A program made the position numbers and the translations under genes. Source: Octopus vulgaris (lineage: Eukaryota). Taken from it: a DNA stretch of 64,000 bases. Every line of letters starts with the position of its first letter. Within the stretch, counting starts at the first letter, position 1. The notes below the pieces were generated by a model that saw only the letters and a list, made by a program, of their open reading frames with translations, was not told the origin of the DNA and ran no database searches. The stretch lies in assembly GCA_951406725.2 (NCBI GenBank), contig OX597826.1, positions 74,710,001 through 74,774,000 of the forward strand, given 5' to 3'. Shown one piece after another: positions 55,053 through 64,000 of the stretch.

Positions 55053-55709
55053 CGCAGTGAATGCAATGAATATTTAAATTTGTGAATAACTGGACGCAGT
55101 GAATGCAATGAATATTTAAATTTGTGAATAACTGGACGCAGTGAATGCAATGAATATTTAAATTTGTGAATAACTGGACGCAGTGAATGCAATGAATATT
55201 TAAATTTGTGAATAACTGGACGCAGTGAATGCAATGAATATTTAAATTTGTGAATAACTGGACGCAGTGAATGCAATGAATATTTAAATTTGTGAATAAC
55301 TGGACGCAGTGAATGCAATGAATATTTAAATTTGTGAATAACTGGACGCAGTGAATGCAATGAATATTTAAATTTGTGAATAACTGGACGCAGTGAATGC
55401 AATGAATATTTAAATTTGTGAATAACTGGACGCAGTGAATGCAATGAATATTTAAATTTGTGAATAACTGGACGCAGTGAATGCAATGAATATTTAAATT
55501 TGTGAATAACTGGACGCAGTGAATGCAATGAATATTTAAATTTGTGAATAACTGGACGCAGTGAATGCAATGAATATTTAAATTTGTGAATAACTGGACG
55601 CAGTGAATGCAATGAATATTTAAATTTGTGAATAACTGGACGCAGTGAATGCAATGAATATTTAAATTTGTGAATAACTGGACGCAGTGAATGCAATGAA
55701 TATTTAAAT
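55053..55709. repeat. Perfect 42-bp minisatellite, 15 full units plus 27 bp
   Basis: Unit cgcagtgaatgcaatgaatatttaaatttgtgaataactgga, head-to-tail with no spacers. Confidence 0.98.
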
Positions 55710-56141
55710 GTGCGAGAAATTGGAGTTTAAAAAAATTCAATAAACTTGAGAAATCGAAATTATAGGAAATTTCTTGGAACATGAATTTATAAAATTATTT
55801 CCAGACGATCAACCCTTTAATAATTGCTTTCTTTTGGTAGTCTTTACATACCTAATTAATAAGCAGCTTCCTCCATCAAAGTATAGAAGAAGATAGAAGA
55901 TAGATGTGTCAAATGTGTCATTTAGCGGTGTCGTTGATAATTTTTTCCTCACCTCAATGATGCCGGTGACTTATATTAAAAGTCCCTTATAGAACTAGAT
56001 TCATAAAAAGGTATAGAACTATATTATCATCCTCAAATTTGAGAAACAAACACTCATAACTTTTTTCTTTTAAAACTTCATTGCATGAGATTGATATCAA
56101 TGAAATTCCTCGAATTGAACATTTAAGCTTAATTAGAATAT

Positions 56142-56559
56142 TTGTTGGCATCCTTTCTGTCTCGGGAGACAATGGAGTTGCGCATGAAGTAATCTAGTCC
56201 GGCTTTTATATTTCATGTCCTGATACATTTCCTGCTGTGGCTGTGTAGTCCTATCCTGGACAAACACTCCCTCTGGCAGGTACCGCAAACGTAGCGAAGA
56301 CTGTTCCTGGCTCGTTGTAAAGTCATAGTTTCTTGTTGACGTCTTTTCTTGTCTTTCCATTTCTCCTCTCTCTCTCTCTCTCTCTGTCACTCCTTTGTAT
56401 TCCCTCTTTTACGGTACGTCGCCATTCTCCACGGTTGCCGGCAACTGCCTCCCAACCGCTAATATTGATGTTGCAGGCCTTCATGTCCCTTTTGCAAACA
56501 TCCTTGTAACGTAAGATCGGTCTACCCACAGACCTAGTACCCCTAGCAAGCTCTCCGTA
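56142..56559 (-). mobile_element. 5'-truncated RTE-type LINE
   Basis: LYGELARGTRSVGRPILRYKDVCKRDMK...WEAVAGNRGEWR, then zinc finger YVCGTCQRECLSRIGLHSHSRKC*. Flanking direct repeat tagaatat at 56134 and 56560. Confidence 0.85.
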
Positions 56560-57397
56560 TAGAATATAGTTTGTTTTTAAAATAAAAAAAGTTAATTATA
56601 CTTAAATCTAATTTTTGCTTTACTTATATATATTTTTTCATGATATTTTACCTTACAACTTTTTTGATACAAAATTTTGTTGCATGGAGCCAAAGCTATG
56701 AAATTCCTCGTGCTTTCTTCTATCATTTAAGCTAAGATAAATGTATTTTGCTTTTAAAATAAAAAGGTTATTTAGATCTAAACTTGATTGGTGGCGTTAT
56801 TAGACTCCTGTAATGTTGCTACAAATTTTGATGGGAACTTTTTTCTACAGGATCAAATCCCAATTTTTTAATGCCAAAATATAGCTAGGGACAAGTCCTC
56901 TTCAAAATTGTTAACAGTTTTCAATTTGGTTAAGAACTGAATTAGCGACAAACTCTGAAAGATGCTGCGTGTGAGTAAATGGCGGCCTTAATAATATTTT
57001 TCAACTACTACCGTAGTTGAATGATATACATACATATATATATATATATTTTCGTAATGAGATAAAAAACCAAGGCTGTGTAGATTTTAGAACATTATAA
57101 AATGTTCTACACAGCCTTGGTTTTTTTTATCTCATTATGAAAAAAAATTTTTATATATATATATAAACACTCATAGAAACGTATATGAGACTACGTACAT
57201 GTATTTGTAGACACTCATTCTACAGATATACGCACGTACAACTGAACTCAGATTACATAGCTCTGCAGTGTGAATATAAACTTTCACATGCTTCTATTTT
57301 GTTTATAAATATACACGTCTGCTTTGATATATATACATGTGTGTTTATATAGGTGCACATACATGTGTAGGTGTGCATATAAATGTATGTACATATA

Positions 57398-57462
<65 letters not shown>

Positions 57463-57800
57463 GTACATACGTACATACATACACACATACGTACATATTA
57501 TATATATATATGCATTTATATGAGTGAAATTTTAAGAGGCATTTCATTTTTAAAATGCATCTCCCTCTCTCTCTCTCTATCTATCTATCTTCATATTACT
57601 CCCCCGCACCAATTCTATACACCCCTCACGCTGCTTCTTTTTTTCCCAGCCTCTGGTCACTTCACCACTACTCCTTCACCTTCCTCTGACGACTTTGGGC
57701 CTTTAATTTCTCGCTTCCTTGGGAAAAAATGTACTATATTTCTATCATTATTTTTGACCATTTAAGGTTGTGAATATTTTCTGTGTACCAAGTTCCAGCA

Positions 57801-58183
57801 TCTCTCTATATATAAACGGCAGTTTGTCTGTGTGTGTTTCTGTGTGTCTGTTAGGTTGTACCCTCACCCTGACCACGGCTTTCAACCGATTCTGATGAAA
57901 CTTGATACACACATAGCCCAATGTCATAATTCAAAACTAACGCAACGACAATTTTGAAAAGTTTCCCCAGTTCTGAAAAAAATCGATAAATTCGACATGG
58001 GTCGAGAATCAGAAACACAAACCACAGACTGTCTAGGGGACGCAACTCGACCTTTTAACTCTCAAAAAAAAATTTACCATCATTTTTTTTCCATTTTTTT
58101 GCTATTTTTTGGCTATAACTCTCTAAAAATGCTTTATAGTTATTTCCCTTACAAACCCGAGCAACGCCGGGTGATACTGCTAG
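57801..58183 (+). mobile_element. Non-autonomous Helitron, second subfamily
   Basis: A|TC start, hairpin cccgagcaacgccggg at 58156-58171, CTAG|T end. Confidence 0.88.
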
Positions 58184-58715
58184 TATTCTTATAAATACAT
58201 ATGTACATGATTGTGTGTGTGTATTTGTGTGAGGATGTGTATGTGTATACACACACATACACACACACATATATATATCTTTAAATCTTTATATATATAT
58301 ATCTACGCACGCATGCACATACACAAACACACATACGCGCAGAAGTTTATATTCTGCTGTTTATTCCTTCCTCCCAAGCAAAATTATGCCCTAAAAAATC
58401 TTTATATTTAAATGTCCATAGCCAATACGCTATCTTTAAGATAGCGCGTTAGCTGCTCTTAAGTGGTTGAGTGTCTGCGTATGTGTGTGTGTGTGTGTGT
58501 GTGTGTAAGCATGCGCGTTTGTACATGCGTGCATATGTAAGTATAGTTGTGTGCATGCATATATATGTGCGTATGTCTTTATGTGTTCGTGCGCGTGCGT
58601 TTCTGCATATATGTCAAATATAGGATGTAATAGATGTCGACAAATATGGGAGAGGAAGAGACAGACGAGGCCGGATAAAAGAGAACAAAAATATACAGGC
58701 AAAAACGTAAGAAAA

Positions 58716-59011
58716 AATGAAGAAAATGTGTAAGAAGGAAAGGTAGAGAGAAAGGAAGATAAGAGAGAGAGACAAGGCAAGGCAGAAAGAAGGGGAGAGA
58801 GGTGGAGAGAGAGAAGGCAAGACAGAAAGAGGGAGATATAGGGAGAGAGAGACAGAGGGAGAGAAGGCAAGACAGAAAGAGGGTGAGAGAGAGAGAGAGA
58901 GAGAAGGCAAGACAGAAAGAATGAGAGAGAGAGAGGTGGAGAGAGAGAGAAGGCAAGACAGAAAGAGGGAGAGAGAGACAGAGGGAGAGAGAGACAGAGG
59001 GAGAGAAGGCA

Positions 59012-59043
<32 letters not shown>

Positions 59044-59430
59044 CGCAAGACAGAAAGAGGGAGAGATAGGGAGAGAGAGACAGAGGGAGAGAAGGCAAGA
59101 CAGAAAGAGGGTGAGAGAGAGAGAGACAGAGGGAGAGAGAACAGAAAGAGGGAGGGAAATGAAGAAAATGTGTAAGAAGGAAAGGTAGAGAGAAAGGAAG
59201 AAAGAAGAGAGAGACAACGCAAGACAGAAAGCGAGAGAGAGAGAGAGACGGAGAGAGAGAAGGTAAGACAGAAAGCGAGAGAGAGAGAAACAGAGAGAGA
59301 GAAGGCAAGACAGAGAGAGACAGAGAGAGAGAAGGTAAGACAGAAAGAGGGAGAGACAGAGAGAGAGGGGGAGAGACAGAGGGAGAGAAGGCAAGACAGA
59401 AAGAGGGAGGGAAATGAAGGAAAAATGAGA
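58716..59430. repeat. Purine-rich compound satellite
   Basis: Recurrent gagagaaggcaagacagaaaga among (GA)n tracts. Confidence 0.9.
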
Positions 59431-59789
59431 ACGATGTGGGACGGGGGGGTGGATGTGTGTGTAACAAGTAAGATTTTCAAAGCTGAATAGATGTCGTCTG
59501 AAATATTTGAAACGTTGGGAATTCTGGCGGAGGTAGGATCTCATAAAACATGTGTAGCTTTACACTTGCTGCTGGTGGCGCATCCACACACGTGACGTGA
59601 CGTTAGGTGAGAGCGGGGGCTTGTGACGGGGGGGGGGGAAGTGGCGTGGAGCTGACACCGGGGTCACACGTATGAGGAGCAGTCTTCTTCTTCTCCTCGT
59701 TCAACGCTTAACTGTCTACTTTAAACTAAGGACCCCGCAGCAAAAATTCTCTTACTTGTCCCCTCACACACACACACACACACACACAG

Positions 59790-59964
59790 TCCCTCACTCA
59801 CTCTCTCTCTCTCTCTCTCCCTTTCTCTCTTTCTTTCTGTCTCTCCCTTTCTCTCTTTCTCTCTGTCTCTCCCTTTCTCTCTCTCTCTCTCTCTCTCTCT
59901 CCCTTTCTCTCTTTCTCTCTCTCTCGCTCCCATTCAGTCTATCTCTTTCAATCTCTCTCTTTCA

Positions 59965-60001
<37 letters not shown>

Positions 60002-60335
60002 ATTCAGTCTCCCTCATTCAATCTCTCCCTCTCTCACCCATTCAATCTCTCTCTTTCAATTTCTCTCTCTCTCTCTCTCTCTCTCCCATTCACTCTATCT
60101 CTTTCAATTTTTCTCTCTCTCCCATTCACTCTATCTCTTTCAATTTTTCTTTCTCTCTCATTCAATCTCTTTCTTTCAGTCTATCTCTCTCTTTCATTCA
60201 ATCTCTCTCGCACCTTCAGTCTGTCACCCCCTCCCCTATAATTCTCCTCTCTTTCAATCTCTCTCTGCTTCAGTCTCTCTCTCTCTCTCTTTCAGTTTCT
60301 CCTTCTCTTCGCCCCTCTCCCTTTCTCTACCCTTA
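59790..60335. repeat. Pyrimidine-rich compound satellite
   Basis: (CT)n with recurrent ttcaatctctc / cccattca. Confidence 0.9.
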
Positions 60336-60599
60336 TACTCACACTCACACTCACACTTTTACACCCGCACCCGCACTCGAATGAAACATAGACGCATTCA
60401 AGAAATGAAATTCAAAAGTCAATTACTTGGAGACGCCATCTGCATAAAATATGAAGAGTTAAGTTAGTCTTCGCATAATTAATGAAGGGGACATTAAAAA
60501 TGTAATTAGAAATACTTATGTGGTAAGGAACACCCTTAAAGTACAGACACACACCCATACCTACATCCCCCACACACATACACACATATACATGCATAC

Positions 60600-60647
<48 letters not shown>

Positions 60648-60688
60648 TATATATATAAGTATATATATATAAACATATACTTATATAC

Positions 60689-60721
<33 letters not shown>

Positions 60722-60881
60722 CATATATATTTATGCATGTATGTGTGTGTATATACCAATTTAATAAATAAGACATATGTATACATACATATACATATAT
60801 GTACATACCTACATCTATATGTATATACACATGCATGTATGTATGTATGTATGTATGTATATATGTGTGTATGTGTATATA

Positions 60882-60955
<74 letters not shown>

Positions 60956-61802
60956 CATACAGTGCAGGTACTGGCTGTGGTGTAAGTGGTGAAAGTTGTG
61001 GCGATGGCTGTGGTTGTGGTGGTGGTGGTGGTGGTAGTGGTGATGGTGGTGGCGGCGGCGGCGGCGGCGGTGGTGGTGGTGGTGGTGGTGGTGGTGGCGT
61101 AGGCGGCGGCGGTGGTGGTGGTGGTGGTGTTGGTGGTGGTGGTAGCGGCGGCGACGGCGACAGTGGTGGTGGTGGGGTGATTATTGTGTCAATGGTGGTG
61201 GTGGTGTTGAGGGGGGAGGGTGTTCGACCGTCTCATTATCGTATAACAGAAAGAAAAAAAAATGAGGCCTTAATATCTCATTTAACCTCTCATTTATCTC
61301 CGTCAATTAAAAGCCATAAAAAATTTCCTAATTTATAGAGCAACATTTTTTTTTTTTGTTTAATACGGTTTCTCGTCTCATTCTTCCGTACTTGTGAAAT
61401 GTCAAGACAAAATATATCACATGACTTCGTTCGTTTTTGAAAGGTGAACGAACGTAAAGTAACTCGAAGAACCGTCTTTGTTGTTTAACTCTTTTCAGAA
61501 ATAACGAGGTAAACCGAGAAATATTTGTGGACACCTACGATATTATTTGACTGAAACTGCCCCATTATTTGTAGACAGACAGGTTTGTGAGGAAGAGCGG
61601 GAACATACCATCTGTACAGACCACAAATCATCCGTCACGCATCGGTAAGTTTTATTTCCAAACTGATTTTTGTCTTACTAAGTAGAAGTGCCATAGATGC
61701 TACTAGAAATAATGGTTTTAAATTTTGGCAGAAAGCAGTTTCGCGAGGAGGTTGGGGGGGTAAGTCGATTACATCGCCCCCCAAGTATTCAACTCGATAG
61801 TA

Positions 61803-61865
<63 letters not shown>

Positions 61866-62005
61866 TAACTTTAAAAAAAAATGAACGTACTAGTGAGTTT
61901 AGTTTAATGGCTTACCAATGTATACTATGAGTTTCTTTGCCCTAGGAGTCGGGAAGATACCCGGCAAGAAATGGAAGTAAATTTGAAAGAAGAGGAAAAA
62001 AACAG

Positions 62006-62065
<60 letters not shown>

Positions 62066-62629
62066 TCATGCCCTGATGCAGTACCAGGCAGTGCCTCTCA
62101 TGGCTTCTAATCTTAACTGATTGGAAGTGTTATCATGTACATTGTTTTCTCTTGGTATAAATGATGTGCTACAGCAAATATTCTGCTCAATACCACAGAT
62201 TTGCTTGTCAGTTGTTTGACCATAACCAGTTGAGCATGTCCCTTTGTGGCTGACGATATGTGCATCTCTGATCACGAGCAAAAGTTTTGGGGGAGCATCA
62301 TAGCCGTGTGTTGAGAGGAATTCTTGGAGGTTTGGATAATTCACCCTTGGAAACATGGGTGGTTCGTTCAACATCCATAAACAATCCTTATTCGGGGACC
62401 TTTTGAGTGGGATGGGCTACTCGATCAGAAGAAAATTCTAACTGGGCCCCACCTGCAAGGTCATGCGCTGTTTATCTTGATATGAGATCACCATGTCGCG
62501 CACATATGGTTGTGATGCATGTGCCTAGTGTACCCTTATCAGACGGGTAGTCATGATGGGTATATTGGGCTTCGTATATTTTACCCCAGTGTCACGTTGA
62601 TGGCATGCACTGCTCTTTCAATCAATAAA

Positions 62630-62666
<37 letters not shown>

Positions 62667-62680
62667 TTAATAATAATAAT

Positions 62681-62740
<60 letters not shown>
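62066..62740 (+). mobile_element. Retroposon-like repeat with long (TAA)n tail inserted into a (TAA)n tract
   Basis: ~560-bp higher-complexity block bounded by (TAA)n on both sides. Family not assignable from sequence alone. Confidence 0.5.
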
Positions 62741-62744
<4 letters not shown>

Positions 62745-63059
62745 TGCATGCGTGTGTGTGTGCGTATGTTTGTGTGTGTTTGTATGTGTCGTGTGTGTGT
62801 GTGTGTGTGTTCGTGTGTGTGTGTTATTGTGTCCATTTGTCCCCCACCACTGCTTGACAACCATTGCTGGTATGTTTACGTCCCCGTAACTTAGTGGTTC
62901 AGCAAAAGAGACCGTATACCTATTTGCATACAGACACAAGTATGAACGTCTGAGGAATAAGTCTTCTCAGTGTTATAAAAGGATTTTCTTTATTCAGCTT
63001 GGTTCCATTTCAAAGAGAAATACCAACTTCAGTTTCCGTCTGCCTAAAAAGACGAATCA

Positions 63060-63347
<288 letters not shown>

Positions 63348-63594
63348 CTAGATTTGATACCATTTTCTTAAGCTTATATAAAGTAATATCGGAACATATT
63401 ATATGGCTATATGACATGAAAAGAAAATATTTTGAAAACCCGTTGAGTCAAGATAAGAACCATAAGGTCGTTTAAAAATATTGCACTCATGTAAAAGAAG
63501 TAAAGTCACTAAGTTACTTCATTACTGACCAGTTATCTGCTGAGTGACCAACCGATTATTAACTGACCCAAACACTTTACTATATTTGAACAAC

Positions 63595-63839
63595 ACTCTT
63601 TTACTCTTTTACTTGTTTCAGTCATTTGACTGTGGCCATGCTGGTGCACCGCCTTTAGTCGAGCAAATCGACCCCAGGACTTATTCTTTGTAAGCCTAGT
63701 ACTTATTCTATCGGTATCATTTGTCGAACTGCTAAGTTACGGGGACGTAAACACACCAGCATCGGTTGTCAAGCGATGTTGGGGGGACAAACACAGACGC
63801 ACAAACATACACACATACACACACACACACACACACACA

Positions 63840-63929
<90 letters not shown>

Positions 63930-64000
63930 GACGGACTTCTTTCAGTTTCCGTCTGCCAAATCCACTCACAAGGCTTTGGTCGGCCCGAGGCTATAGTAGA
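63595..64000 (-). mobile_element. SINE family B, runs off the window end
   Basis: Reverse-complement match to 28314-28745. Confidence 0.88.

Noticed and set aside
55053-55709. CRISPR array or a 261-aa His/Cys repeat protein
   Set aside because: Units are head-to-tail with no unique spacers, there are no cas genes, and the context is a eukaryotic intron. The ORFs are a by-product of the 42-bp period.
58436-60241. Long Leu/Ser-rich ORFs (up to 343 aa)
   Set aside because: Translations of (GA)/(CT) satellites.
60799-61338. Gly-rich ORF
   Set aside because: (TA)n plus (GGT/GGC)n microsatellites.

Overview
Eukaryotic, AT-rich, microsatellite- and SINE-dense genomic DNA. The repeat families look like those of Octopus (inference from recalled repeat sequences). 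Two convergent, spliced genes can be built from GT-AG exons with consistent phases. (1) A + strand PDGF/VEGF-family growth factor has five exons (19993-20203, 25907-26136, 26687-26805, 28986-29120, 30239-30386), 280 aa visible; its signal-peptide exon was not found. (2) A - strand beta-tubulin has its last four exons here (63322-63080, 54212-54027, 47222-47104, 45778-45722) and continues beyond the window. The rest is tRNA-derived SINEs, RTE/CR1/other LINE fragments, Penelope remnants, non-autonomous Helitrons, hAT MITEs, mariner remnants and satellites. The most interesting signal is a set of minimal type I hammerhead-ribozyme motifs in about six different repeat contexts. These include an intact canonical one (12234-12322), a natural G3:C8 compensatory-core variant in a 126-bp-arm palindrome (46049-46400), and a tRNA-promoter plus hammerhead composite (53174-53484). 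Most ORFs in the track are low-complexity artefacts. No CRISPR array or intact tRNA/rRNA gene was seen.
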